DNA of 63,618 nucleotides, filler included, from Porpidia crustulata (taxonomy: Eukaryota), in NCBI GenBank assembly GCA_964255105.1. It is 14 parts of 14 records of this genome, joined end to end, with 100 filler letters (N's around TTAATTAATTAA, not from the genome) between each part and the next. Parts side by side here need not be neighbours in the genome. Positions count along the whole stretch, not along the records: positions 50,162 to 54,596 come from CAXUWE010002081.1; positions 54,697 to 59,115 come from CAXUWE010002082.1; positions 59,216 to 63,618 come from CAXUWE010002083.1; 11 more parts are not named here. One strand, written 5' to 3'. Both the position numbers and the translations under genes were made by a program. Below the pieces are notes generated by a model, which made no database searches, was not told the DNA's origin, and was given only the letters and a program-made list of their open reading frames with translations. Numbering within the stretch: the first letter of the stretch is position 1; each line of letters opens with the position of its first letter. Of this stretch, positions 51,883 through 63,618 are shown piece after piece.

Positions 51883-53931
51883 CTAGGACTCTCTCTGGAG
51901 GCACGCGAGGGTGAATTTGCTAACCCTCGCCAGCATATCAACAAGATGTGCCCTCTCCTTAATCACATGTCCCTCTCTAGGATACACGACCATCTGGAAC
52001 GGCACTCCATAGTACTGGCACCCCCTCCTGAACGCAACGCCCTGCGACACAGGTACTGCCTTGTCTTCCTCTCCATGCAAGATCAATATCGGAGGAAGTT
52101 TCTGGCCTTTCAATTCCCATATCGCACTGCCCTGTCTCGCAGTCGTGTCGTTTTTCCCTCTAACTTGTCCAACTGCCCAAGGGGAGGCGCCGGCAAGCTC
52201 TGCCTCAAAACGGGGCAAGTCACTTGTCATGACCATCATGTCCCAATCAGTGATGCCGGCGCCGCAGATTGCGCCTTTGATTTTCCAAGTGCTACCTGGC
52301 TTACCCTGGCTGTTTCGGCGAACAGCGAGTAGGTAGGAAAGGAACCCGCCCTGGCTCCAGCCTCCGACAACAATGTGCTCCGGATCAACAAGACCTCGCT
52401 TGATTCCCTCGTCTACCAGAGCTATGATGTCGTCATAGTCCACCGTACCCATACCACCTCGGGCATGACGGGTGAATGATTCACCATGGGAGCTGCCGCC
52501 GCGATAGTTGGGGAGAAGAATACCACATTTCTTAGAAGAGAGGAGAAGTGGCGACCAAAAGAAACTTGGAGTATTGAAAGATTCGATGATGCGTGAATAA
52601 GGACCACCATGTATGAGGACAACAGTGGGTAGAGGCTTTCCAGTTGAATCCGATTTAGATCCTAAATTGGAATCCGTCTCGGGTGAAGAAACTGACGGGG
52701 AAAGAAAAAGGCCATCGAGATTAGTCGTACCGTCTAATGAATTGCAATAGATATCTTGGGAGCTACCGTTACGTCTCGACCTGATGGATCGGCCGTGACC
52801 AGAGAGCTGAGTGAGATCTTCCGCACACTTTGATTCTCCATTTATTCGATAAGAATATACTTCCCGAGGGCAAGATACGCTACTCTTCACTATCGCTAGG
52901 ATGTAATTGTTGTCGGCGGTCTGGACTGCATCCCAAGTTGAAATCTCATGACGGCACGAGAGAATTTTCTCGTTCTGGCAGTGATGGTCCTCGTTGAGCA
53001 CATAAATCTCATCCAACAATCCACATTCTACCTTGATTGTGGTTAAAGGTCCATTGTGACACAGCCCTACAACGCAAGTCTCTTGATCATTGTGTGGGTG
53101 TTCTATCCAATCTTTGCTTCGTAGGGACACTTTGTAGACTTCCAAGGAAGAAGTGCACTTGCTTGGCTCTGTGCCGCCTAGGAAATATATGTCATTGTCC
53201 GACCATAATAAAGGTCCCTCTATTGCTCCAGGAAACGCCGTTATTTCGGTATTTTCATTTTTCTCAATAACAGAGAGAGTCTCGAAACGAACTCCTGTCG
53301 CGTTTGCAGAATCTTCCTCAGGAGTATCCTGTAAGACGCAAGCAATTTGCTTCGAATCTTCGCTCCATGCAAATGTACTTATATGGATATCTCTTGAAAA
53401 AAAGTTCTCTACCTCTCTAGTAGTCATATCAACTACTCTAAGCCGATTATAAGCCCAATTTTTTCCATAAACAATTGCATCGTCTTTCTCCTTCTCCCTA
53501 GCTTTCCGACCAACGGATATCTCATCCGGGCTGATGAATGCTAGAGAGAGACCGTCAGGACTCCAAGAAAACGTAGAAATATCTCGCTCATTTTCAATTT
53601 TTGAGATTGGATAAACCTCGGCACCTTGTAAGGGAATCACGTATATGGCACAGGATTTGCCTCGATTACCTCGATCAGATAAGAAAGCCACAAGTTCTCC
53701 ATCCGGTGACCATTGCGGTGTACGATCGTTATATGTACCCATTGTAAGTCGCCGGGCAGAATCATTCTCCCCAATTCGCGCTAACCATATTGATGAGATC
53801 TTATGTTCACTTTTTTGTCCCACAGGACTCAAGGAATAGACGACGTGTTCACCTGACGGTGAGATACGGACCTCGCTGGGAACTTCTAAATCGACAAGCT
53901 CTTCTGCTACCGATCGTATTACCCGAGACAT
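51883..53931 (-). CDS. S9 family serine peptidase (acylaminoacyl/dipeptidyl peptidase-like): beta-propeller plus alpha/beta hydrolase
   Basis: WSPDG repeats, HGGPY, NYRG, nucleophile motif GWSQGG, Asp in HGEEDKAVP and His in REGH. Confidence 0.93.
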   Translation of the reverse strand: MSRVIRSVAEELVDLEVPSEVRISPSGEHVVYSLSPVGQKSEHKISSIWLARIGENDSARRLTMGTYNDRTPQWSPDGELVAFLSDRGNRGKSCAIYVIPLQGAEVYPISKIENERDISTFSWSPDGLSLAFISPDEISVGRKAREKEKDDAIVYGKNWAYNRLRVVDMTTREVENFFSRDIHISTFAWSEDSKQIACVLQDTPEEDSANATGVRFETLSVIEKNENTEITAFPGAIEGPLLWSDNDIYFLGGTEPSKCTSSLEVYKVSLRSKDWIEHPHNDQETCVVGLCHNGPLTTIKVECGLLDEIYVLNEDHHCQNEKILSCRHEISTWDAVQTADNNYILAIVKSSVSCPREVYSYRINGESKCAEDLTQLSGHGRSIRSRRNGSSQDIYCNSLDGTTNLDGLFLSPSVSSPETDSNLGSKSDSTGKPLPTVVLIHGGPYSRIIESFNTPSFFWSPLLLSSKKCGILLPNYRGGSSHGESFTRHARGGMGTVDYDDIIALVDEGIKRGLVDPEHIVVGGWSQGGFLSYLLAVRRNSQGKPGSTWKIKGAICGAGITDWDMMVMTSDLPRFEAELAGASPWAVGQVRGKNDTTARQGSAIWELKGQKLPPILILHGEEDKAVPVSQGVAFRRGCQYYGVPFQMVVYPREGHVIKERAHLVDMLARVSKFTLACLQRES

Positions 53932-54018
53932 TGTTGAGGCGTGATGGTAGCATATACCATGTCCCCACGCTCTTCCTGTGCAATAATAATACCACTTTAC
54001 TGCATCCTTTTCCCCACT

Positions 54019-54345
54019 TCATCCCAAATTTGCACTCCCAGTAGTTCCCGAGAACCTGTCCCGGATTCGTCGTTGAAAGAGTGTTGTGATTTCTTGGATA
54101 CCCCCACCTCTCCCTTTTTCAATTTCCTCCCTTCGGATCCTCAGGAATGCAGCGGATGTACCTATGGCAATGGCGAAGACTGGATCAAGCGATCTGTGAT
54201 TAAGCGTTGCCAATTAGCTGAGAAGATCTTATACGGTAGAGTGCAATGGGCACGGCCAAGGACCGGCTCTTGTTCGAAGTGTATGAGCTAGCGAGATTTC
54301 TTACCGTGAGATGATATAGCTGTAGCGCGGAAAGCTGGCAGACAT
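54019..54345 (-). CDS. NCE101: Non-classical export protein 1-like; 1 intron
   Basis: Spliced product MSASFPRYSYIISRSLDPVFAIAIGTSAAFLRIRREE. Confidence 0.75.
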
Positions 54346-54696
54346 CTTGGCGCTGGTGGTGCAGTAGTGATGTTGATTAGACGAAAAGGCCTACAGGACT
54401 GTAATTTAACCGAAACCACCAATCCAGGGGGCGGAACTTCCCGCGAGTCCTGCGTTATCTACAACGACAACCCGGTGATACGATAGGTTGAAGTGCTATG
54501 GATAAGACTTTGCTTGAAGATGAATAAATCCCTCTGCAACGTCACACGCCCTCAGTCCATCCCTTGCCCCCCAACCAAACACCCACACCCCAAACCNNNN
54601 NNNNNNNNNNNNNNNNNNNNNNNNNNNNNNNNNNNNNNNNTTAATTAATTAANNNNNNNNNNNNNNNNNNNNNNNNNNNNNNNNNNNNNNNNNNNN

Positions 54697-55258
54697 GTGG
54701 ACGGGAGCCTGTGGGTGAGGTGATGGAGGGTAATCGAGGTGCAGGAAGAGAAAAGGACTGCTTGCGGATCGATTTGAGGGAGAGCGAGGATCGTAGGGTC
54801 GCGACAGAACGCTGTTCCTTGATTGTCTCCAGGAAGTGCGGGTAATGAACATTCAGGTTCCTGTTCTTAGGCGTGACTGATGCCGACGGCGGAGCGGTGC
54901 GCGTTTTCTTAGGAGCAATTTTCCGTTTTGGAGGGGGCTTGAGTTCTGTGTTGGTGGAGTCCCAGCAGCCATTTGGGGCTGTGGCATCGATGCTCGGATC
55001 CGGGACCCACTCGGTAAACTCAGTGGATGGATTCAAAGAAGCTTCGTAGATGGAGCTGTGGGTGCTGGGGATTTCTTCGGAAGAGTCGACATTGGGATGA
55101 AAGGTACGCAAAGAGAATTTGCGACGCATTTTCGGGAAGTGCGACTTAGCGGTCTGATATGATGACGAAGGGGGAGAAGGAGTGCGGCTGTGCGACGCAT
55201 TGGTAGCGTCTTCAAGTGGAGAGCGGGATGGAGGCGGTGGTGACCTTGACCGACGCAT
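54697..55258 (-). CDS. Ser/Pro-rich hypothetical protein; truncated
   Basis: Open frame to the contig edge; no recognisable domain. Confidence 0.5.
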
Positions 55259-55991
55259 CTTGATGGGTGTGAAATGATGCTAGAACTAATCCTGCATCGC
55301 TCTCTGCTAGCAATGCTCATACCGGGAGGTGTAGAAATTATGTTGTCAGATGTTCATGATAGTAGACAGTGTGAAGGAGCAGGACGCGCCTGATCTCTTT
55401 CGTTCCAAGATCGGAAGTAGTGGAGTGAAGAAAACAGTCGGCCAGTTGACCAACGCAACTGCCGTAAAGAGTGACTTCTCGATGACGAAGCATTGAACAA
55501 CACAAGAAGACGTGATGAACGAGAAGATAACTTTGCAACGAAAGCACAGGAAATGTTCTGATCATCAGCACCTATTCAAGTCGTTGTGGTGGCTGAAGAA
55601 AATAAACTGTTCATCTTTCATTTCAGTCTTCATCCAATCTAAAGTGCATACGCTGCGTATATACCATTCCGCTTACCACCCTTTGTGCTATGCGGGACTT
55701 GTCTGTTGTCCGCCTCTCATAAACAAACGATGTCATTATGTATACCAAGCCGAAGTAAAAGGTACACAAGACCTCTAGACGTCGCAGGCTTCTTGAGTGT
55801 GTCATTAGTGGGATATGATAAGCTACTTGACCCCCTTCCGAGCTGTACACCGAGTGCGACAGAACATGGTGTTTGCCCGCAAGCTTAATCACAAATGTCC
55901 ATGTCGTGTTAACGTGTTCCTAACGGGTCGAGAAGGTCGTGATGGAGGAGCTTTCTATGAGTCATGGCAAATATCGACGTTTCTTCCGTTC

Positions 55992-58718
55992 CTAATGTAC
56001 CGTCATACTTTGGCTCAAAGAAGATTTTCCGGTAGATTGCTCCCGTTTCGCGGTGCGAAGAAGTCCTTCGAGCTTCCGGCGTTCGTCTTGTTCGGCCTAA
56101 TCCCAAGTCAGTCTCTCTATTACCTACAGGACGTGGCACAACTCACCCTCAAGGCCCTCGTGTGTTCTGCCCTGGTCTCCCGCATCATCTTCTTGAATTC
56201 GTTCTTCAATACGCTCGTGCTAGTGTTGCCCGAAGCCATTGCTTCTCTGCTAGCCGAGCCTGGACTTTGTACTCCAAGCCAACGCAGCCTCTCTTCACTC
56301 AGCTGGCCTTCGAGAGACTCGCACCGATCTCGCAGGTTATCGATGTAGCTCTCAAGCTGCTCTCGTTCTTTTTCGTGTTCAATGCTAGCCTTAGTCATCA
56401 CTTCATACTCGCCAATCGTCTCGGAAAGCTCGCGTTGGAGATTTTGCACCTTTTGTGCAATCTCCGTTTTTTTGCTGCCGACTGCCTCATTCTGTATCTT
56501 GAGTACCGTCAATTCAGCCAAAAGGCTTTTGTTGCGTTCCGTGAGCTCTTCGAGTTCTTTCTGCATCGCGGGATTGGGCACGCCCTCAGCTGCTCGTTGT
56601 GCCCGTGTACCGTAAGCACCATCAAGCTCAGCTCTCGCAATGGTGACTTCAGTCTGCAAACGGACCATCTCACCCTCTAGGTTCCTCAATTCATTCTGGG
56701 ATTTTTCGGTCTCAAGGGTCTTGGCTTCTAGAGCCTGTCGAAGGCTGGCCTCGTTTGCTTCTTGATGTGCTTTAGCCTCTTTAACGGCTGCTAATTCGAC
56801 AAAAAGACCCTGCATCCGCTGGTCGGATTCTTCCAATTTTTCCTTACGATCTGACCTCGTATCTGCGATTTCAGCTTCAAGTTTTGCAGTTTCTATTTGG
56901 GTAGCTTGTAGCTCAGAATCCATACGCGCCTTCATTTCTTGACGGGCATTTTGTTCTTGCAGAGCATGTTCCTGCCTCATGGCGTCAAATCGCTCAGAGA
57001 ATACCGCCAAGTCATCTTTCATTGCTCTAGCTTCAAGGTCTTTCTCTTCGAGCGTCTTGTTGGTCTGTTCAAGCGTCAGAGTCTGCTCTGAAAGTTGCGC
57101 ATCTTTTTGGGCGTCGGATTTGCTGTTCAAGTCTCTTTGCTGTTGAACCTGTCGCTTCAATATCTCCTTTTGCTCTTGTAACTCTGTCACTCGCACATGA
57201 AGAGATTGAACCTTGGCCGAGAACGATTGCAAGGAGAATTTCTCGTGAGGTACGGCTCGCTTGGTTTGTTCGCCCTGCTTAGCTTGTTGTCTTGAGTCTT
57301 CTTCCTCCGCTATCAAGATATCCCATAGGCCAAGTAGGGTAGTTTCGAATCGTTCTGCTTTTTCTTCATGGACGACAGCTCGAGATGACATCACCTGGCC
57401 ATTGTCCATGATTTGCTGAAGACTTTGCTCGACTGTATCAAGCCCGTTTTCAAGATAGCTTATCTGCTCTTTCGAACCTTGCCCTGAGACTTGAGGGGGC
57501 AAAGGATATCCTGCATTTCGTTCTTTGCCACTCCGGGTGACTATACCGTGAAGTTGACTGTTTAAATCCTCTAATCTCTCCTCTGTAGCATATGCGGACT
57601 GTTTGGCATTTTGCGATATGGTAGTCCGATCTTGCTGAATGATCTCGATGCCTTTTTCAAGATACTTCAATTGTTCGTGCAAAGTATCATGTGGTTCCTC
57701 ATCTCCTTCGTGAACCCGGACCGGAGGCATCGGCATTGGTTGACGAAGCGTAGTAGATTTAGCAATCGAGTCTCGTAGCCGCTGGTTGAGGTCCTCCAAT
57801 CTTCTTTCTGTCTCCAGGATAGTCTGGGTGTGTTTCGCAAACGTCTCGTTCTGGGCGTCGGTTTGGACACCACCGACTTCCAACATACCGTCAAGCGCTC
57901 GATAGAAGCTGAGGTCGTCAAAGTCATGGGCGAGGCTGATCTGACGAGAGCTATCACGGCCATTTCCGTAATCCGGCATGCTTTCTGGAGTTTGAGGCGG
58001 CATATCCTTCTTCAAGAAGCCCTTATGAGTCATCTGTAGGACCCCAGCCGTATGCTCCAGCAATCGTCTCTGTAAATCCTGCGCCCGTTTTTCAAGCTTC
58101 CAAAGCTCTTGGGCCAAAGCTTCGCATTTCTTGGCGCTAGAAGCCATTTCGTCGTCCGTCTTATTAAGGAGATCAACGCTACCGCCTCTGCTACCCATAA
58201 TACTTCGTCGATGCCGTTTCGCGGAGTCCTTGATCCCGTTCGTCGTGCTCTCCCGGCTGCCATTGGGGGTGTAGAGTCGATTGAGTGACTGCGCAGCGTC
58301 ACGAAGCTTACTTTCGAGGACCAGCTTGCGCTTCGTGGCATCTACTCGAGTTCCAAGGAGTGAGAGTTCCTTCTTCAGGTCGTCTATTTCCTCAAAGGAT
58401 AGAACCTCATACTGCTGACTGTCGCCCATCGCCGTTTCCATGAGTAGATGCATCGCGACAGGGTCGTTGGAGTCTAGCAGTGGCGAACTTCGTGGATGCA
58501 TTTTGTTCAGCTACACAGATTGTCAGCCCTGCCCAGATGTATTTCATTGGCCCACTCACAGGGTTGAAACGCGGGTGATCTTCGTTCGAGCTTTCCAGTG
58601 AGCCCCGGTATCCATCCAGAAGCGCCGACGACGATGGCTGTACATTCGAAGGAGGCCCTGAGCCGAGACGAGAGTCACTTTGAGAGGAGTAAGAGAATTG
58701 TCGCCCATGGCCTCTCAT
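55992..58718 (-). CDS. Uds1 (up-regulated during septation 1)-domain coiled-coil protein; 2 introns, start uncertain
   Basis: DPVAMHLLMETAMGDSQQYEVLSFEEIDDLKKE...RDAAQSL...RLLEHTAGVL, a long coiled coil, and a last exon AEQDERRKLE. Confidence 0.88.
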
Positions 58719-59707
58719 TGCGCCGGATTGGTGATGCAAAGAAGGAAGGCGGATTCTAAGGTCGCACGGATCGTTTATTATAGCATAGCAAGTGGCAAAG
58801 CTAAGCCTTGGGCTACCCCCAGGGCTTTAAGCAGAAATCTCAGTATGCTGACTTCTCGTACTCGTACAACTCGCTATTTGTTGTTCATCCTCACCAGTGC
58901 TTACGGCTCCGTTTGGGACTTACTAATCGCCTCTGCGGAAGATGCCGATCAGTTTTCAAAAGCGCGCATCCCTTTTCGCGATTATCTTATTTAAGTCTGC
59001 AAGTCTACCCAAATTAATCATGTCCGACAAATAATATTTTCAAAATTTAGATATCAGTGCTCTCGACGAGAAGTAGCATGCGATAGAATCAACAAATCTA
59101 CCGTCTCCCCTTCAGNNNNNNNNNNNNNNNNNNNNNNNNNNNNNNNNNNNNNNNNNNNNTTAATTAATTAANNNNNNNNNNNNNNNNNNNNNNNNNNNNN
59201 NNNNNNNNNNNNNNNAGTAAAGTGGGGTGTGCAGGGGACCGGAACGTGCACGGGCCCGGGAATACTCCTACATGATCGATTGAAATGTCGGCGTGGCCGA
59301 ACTGACGAGTAGACGATAACAAGGCTCCAAGGTAAAGATTAACCTTGCTTGATTCACAGACTTGGCTCAAGAGGAGAATTCCTTTGTGACTCAGCGACCA
59401 TAGTCTGCCTAACTTTAAGTATTAGCGTTTGGGGTATGTGCGTGCAAATTTGTGGCTTTTGAGATGAATTGATATCGTGGTCGAAGTTGGATTTATGCAA
59501 GAGTAATGCCGAGAGCTGGGGTATCGTGGGTGTGCTGTTTAAGGCTCCAGCTGAGCCTCGTTTACCTGCTTGTATTTCTTCATGCTTTGACATTCAGTAT
59601 CACCTTCGTCGTCTTGACACGGCCGGCTTCTATTCCTAACTTCAGGCTGTGCTAGGCCTCGCACCTTCTTGCTTGATTTTCATCTCCTACATTTGCGACG
59701 AGTGACC

Positions 59708-62700
59708 ATGAGTAACGACAAGCTTCGTGAGCTCGCCAGACTAGCCAAGGAATACAACATCACCTTTGATGGGCCCGGATCAACTAATAGATGGCCGGAC
59801 GTCCACGCTCGACATTTCAAGGTAGTACAGGCGCAGGGTTCGCAAACCCACGAATCCTACCGTGATGCGAGTAGGGTAACATTTAACGATCGGCCATGGA
59901 GAAGCAGGACAAAGCAACGAGCGGAGCAAGTTGCTGCAGAGGCACGTCAACTATATTCTGACAAGAGTAATGAGATGGAATGGCGTCTCAGTCTTGAGTC
60001 TGATATTCTTGCGCGTTTCAAGCAACGAATCACTTGGTGAGACTTGGTGCTGATAGAATTTGCCTGGGAGCCGCGCTAAGAAGCGGCATTAGTACCAGAT
60101 GCCACCTCCGTGTGTGGAGATCTGACGTTGAAGTTGTAGTTGACCCAGAGCGAGCGCAAAAAATAGAGAAACGTCGTCAGAAACGGGGTCAGGCCTTTGT
60201 CAGTGCTCTGAATACGACCGCATGCAGCAAGGGTAAATCGATGGTCTCTATTCAATAGCTACCTACTAAACCATCTTTAGTGAAGAAGAAGATCTTGATC
60301 GAATTTTCTCCGATAGGGCGGAGAAATTCGTCATACCGGAAAAGAGCATACAGTCAATTCTCGCAGATCAAAAGCCTGACCGCCTCTACGGTCTCCGGCA
60401 AACCAGTCAATTTGCAGATGTTTTGAGTGATCTTTACAACGTAGATGAGGAGATACCATCGTCGGAGTCCTGGAAAGAAATGATGTCCTCAATCAGTCCT
60501 TTTGGGGACAAGTGCGAGCCTCTGTTGTTTCTATTTCTGATATTAGAAGCCAAAACCAATGAAAGCTCTAGCTTTCAGCTCATCGAGACTCAGACCGCAT
60601 TCCCTATACGCGCCCTACTGCAACTTCAACATGAACTTCGCAGTCACGCCGAGATACTTCTGCCCTTTCCGCTTGTATGGTTTTTGGCAAGCAGAGGATC
60701 GGAGTGGCGTATTTATGCATGCTTCATTGAGACCAGTGACATAATAAGGGCATTGAATTGGCAAAGTAACAAGCAGTACGTAAGTGATTGTCAGTCAGCT
60801 TTTACAACTATTCCTGCGCGTACTAAAAAAGTAAGCGAGTTGTCAAGCTCTGGGCTGGGGACATATGCGAAACCGATAACGCTCTTCGATTACTCCTGAT
60901 AATTGATTACATATTCGACTGGGCTCGCGATGAATACCGCGGTGACATCTTTCGTCGACTTCGTCAACTCGCAAGGCCCGATATACCGGATATTATGACC
61001 GTGAGTGGTGAAAGTAAACTCTACAGCCGGTATCCAGAAAGTACGGTGCCCGAAATTCCTGAGGATGGTATTCCAAGGGAAGACTCAGATCAAATTGAAA
61101 CTCGGAACATAAGCCCCTACCACGAATTTGATAGTGAGGCCGGATGCTTACGAAGTGCCACTTGCATTGAGTCTCGGGTAAAGGGCTTTTTCATTAGCTG
61201 CGACAATGTTGATACGTTATTGCAGTCCTTCGGGAATAAGGAAAGGTTCGCGGGATCAATCTTGAGCTTTCTTTCACGCGAGACCTCCAACCTGAAGCTG
61301 ACCGCTCATGACTTGTCGAATGTTCATGAAATATGGACTGGTGACGCGGGCAACAGCACAATTGCCGGACAATTCGAAAGCTTCCATACAAAACTGGCTT
61401 TCCGATCATTATTCACAGAGACGTGGGATTTGGTAAGGGAAATATCGTATCTGGCCGTGTCTGACGGCGCCATCGAGGTCCTGGTCGATACATTGGGCTC
61501 AGGTAGGAGATCCAATTTTGGGAGTGTTTCTCCTGCTACCGACAGTCTTGCAATAGAGCTTCATCGCTTGCGGACGGGATGTGTAGAATTCAATGTGTAT
61601 GCCGCCATGTTCCATCTGTCACTCGCATTCGTGATGGTGCCAGGGGTAGCCACCGAAGCAGAGGAAGAAAGAAAATGTTTAATCTCACTGTAGTCAATAC
61701 GAGTGAAGTAGCCATGGAGTGTGGAAGAATATATAAGAGTTATGCCACAATTAACAAGATTTACCGCGATCATACAATTGGTGGTAGAAGGCTAGTCCAA
61801 GAGTCATATATCAGGAATTCTTCACGCGACGAAAAGCAAAGTAACTATGATGCCAATGCCAATTTCCACCCCATCGCTTTGCCAAAATCCCTCCAGGTTC
61901 ATAATGAGAGTCAAGGTAACCGCGAGTTCGTACCGATGACTGAAATTCTGAAAGGTAAATGGGGGGGAACACAAGAACCATATTTATGTCTTTATCAGAT
62001 TAAGGGCGAGGAGAATGTCACAATACCACAGCTGACATCTCTCGTCTATAGACTGGTTGAAAAGAGAGCGACGATGATAAGACCGTACAGATGTGTACCC
62101 GAGAGAATGCCGAGACCAGATGAATGGAGTGCTCAGGTTCAAGCGTTAGTCCCTTTCGAAGCACCCTTCGGTTTTTCACCCACTCAAATTTATGTGTGAA
62201 TAAGAGATCTGTTCGATATGCTTCCGAAGACTCTTAAAGACAACACCAAGTCTGTGTATGACTGTTACGTCAACGCAATGAACGATCTCCTAGAGCCCAA
62301 AGATCGCGAAATGGAAGGGAGAAGTCACAAAAGACACACTATTACTCCAACGCGAAACGCTATTCTTGCTTTGTTGACTTTAGCTTCTCAAGAAGGCTTT
62401 CAAGTACCAATTGACAGTACTGTTATTGAGTCCTGGATCATAAGTGGGTGCCTTAGATATGGGAGGTCTAAAGCACCTGACGGCCAATCTGAGCGGCAAC
62501 CTGAATACCTTCGCATTGAACTCTGGAATTTGTCGATATGGTTTAGAGAGGTATGGGATTTGAATAACGATGCTCTCAAATCAGCAGCTACGGGAGCAGA
62601 ACAGCCTGTCCAATTCGTATATCCGAACACCGAGCTCCTCAACAAAATTGTCGTAGAGCGAGCGGCATCTTCCAGCAATGAAGAGCTGGTGGTACTCACT

Positions 62701-62772
62701 GAGAGACCCAAAGACTTCCCGGCTCCAAAACGGAAGCGATCCACGGAACGAGCCGAAATACGCAAGCGATGA
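59708..62772 (+). pseudogene. PD-(D/E)XK nuclease-like fungal protein with frameshifts and an in-frame TGA
   Basis: Spliced model gives NEMEWR, CTRC, KPDRLYG, FLILEAK, PLVWF and LLLIIDYIFDWARD. Lesions at about 60188, about 61670 and 62197. Confidence 0.65.
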
Positions 62773-63261
62773 CACCTCTACCGCACTGTATACGAAGTCC
62801 TTCTAGGCCTTCCATTTGACACTTTCACATATTTCCCTAGCACCTCCCTCACCCATGGCGCCCTCCCCGGTTCATATATATACCCTTCCAAAACTGACCT
62901 CCCTTCCCGGCTCTGCTCCATTCGGAAGGAACCCCTGCCCACAAACCTCCTCTCACTGTTCTGAAGGCGGTTTCTCGGGTACGGCATGAAGAGAAGCGCG
63001 TCGATGACATTTCTTGCGCTGAAAGAGTAAAGCCGCGCTATCGCTTCAAATTCCTCGTCAATAAAACGGCGAGAAGACGCAATCAAGCCAGCTCCACAGC
63101 CTGCACTGCACGCCAGTGGTAGTGATCTCGAACAATAGACGCAACGGATGATGGGAAAATGCTATTAGGTATATAATGGCTGTAAGCTCCAGAGAATGTA
63201 CTAGGTGGCTTGCGTAGGGTTTCTGTGGAGGAAGATGAGACTCCTGTGGGTATCTGCTCTA

Positions 63262-63491
63262 ACGTAATCCGACACTAGTTGCACTCCGACAGCAAATGCA
63301 CTCCTCATCAAAGTCTGATACTCTATGTTCAAATTGCTTCAAAATGATCAATAACGAAGCTATTGAGCAGGCAATAAGTGATTTGCGATCGCAGAAGCCT
63401 TTTAAATATGCTGTTACGATTAAAAAATATAACATCGATCGTACAACGTTGATGCGTCGTTTAAAAGGCGAAATCATCTTTTACACCGAAG
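63262..63491 (+). mobile_element. Fot1/pogo (Tc1-mariner superfamily) DNA transposon 5' end
   Basis: TA followed by a TIR-like ACGTAATCCGACA... with internal repeats (TCCGACA..TGCAC twice). The ORF NEAIEQAISDLRSQKPFKYAVTIKKYNIDRTTLMRRLKG resembles a psq-type HTH of a transposase. Confidence 0.82.
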
Positions 63492-63618
63492 TGTAACGGT
63501 TGTTCTAATAACAACACAAGATATAAACAGAGATAGACTAGAGTAACGAACTCCTTGCTACTGTAGACTGAGGTCTGCAGATAGCTTAGACAACAGAACT
63601 GATTGTATTGACTATTAC
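63492..63618 (+). mobile_element. LTR fragment inserted in the Fot1/pogo transposase
   Basis: Starts TGTAACGG, interrupts the transposase frame and is homologous to 41076-41244. Confidence 0.8.

Noticed and set aside
51883..53931. Intronless S9 peptidase as a bacterial horizontal transfer
   Set aside because: The family is widespread in fungi and there is no compositional anomaly; a phylogeny would be needed.
4479..59215. Regularly spaced TTAATTAATTAA motif resembling an array
   Set aside because: It is an assembly linker flanked by Ns with stops in all six frames. The spacing reflects size-sorted contigs.
62778..63086. 102-aa minus-strand ORF
   Set aside because: Non-ATG start and no recognisable domain.
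59216..63618. Starship giant transposon
   Set aside because: No DUF3435 tyrosine recombinase or element boundary is visible.

Overview
Eukaryotic, intron-rich DNA from a filamentous ascomycete (Pezizomycotina-type GT..AG introns, HET domains, PTH11-like receptor, Fot1/pogo transposon). It is not one locus. It is 14 contigs of about 4.40-4.48 kb, ordered by decreasing length and joined by an artificial 100-nt spacer (N44-TTAATTAATTAA-N44), so genes in different contigs cannot be treated as neighbours. Housekeeping-type genes: ADE13, NPP1, SDH8, a Pex24-family peroxin, NCE101, a Uds1-domain protein, an SDR, a FAD oxidoreductase, an S9 peptidase and a LITAF protein. Accessory genes: two HET proteins, a PTH11-like receptor, a P450, two members of an uncharacterised membrane-protein family and a PD-(D/E)XK-like protein. 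Mobile DNA: two LTR fragments, a Fot1/pogo end and two fold-back elements. The most unusual item is a HeLo-like N-terminal domain fused to a G-alpha-like domain that has lost all five GTP-binding motifs (a candidate decoy/cell-death module, frameshifted in this copy). Next is a >1340-aa protein combining 11/22-mer amphipathic repeats, Q-rich tracts and a tandem CxHxxHx4CPH repeat. Four genes carry frameshifts or in-frame TGA codons, which could be real decay or assembly error. All family assignments come from recognising motifs by eye; no database search was run.
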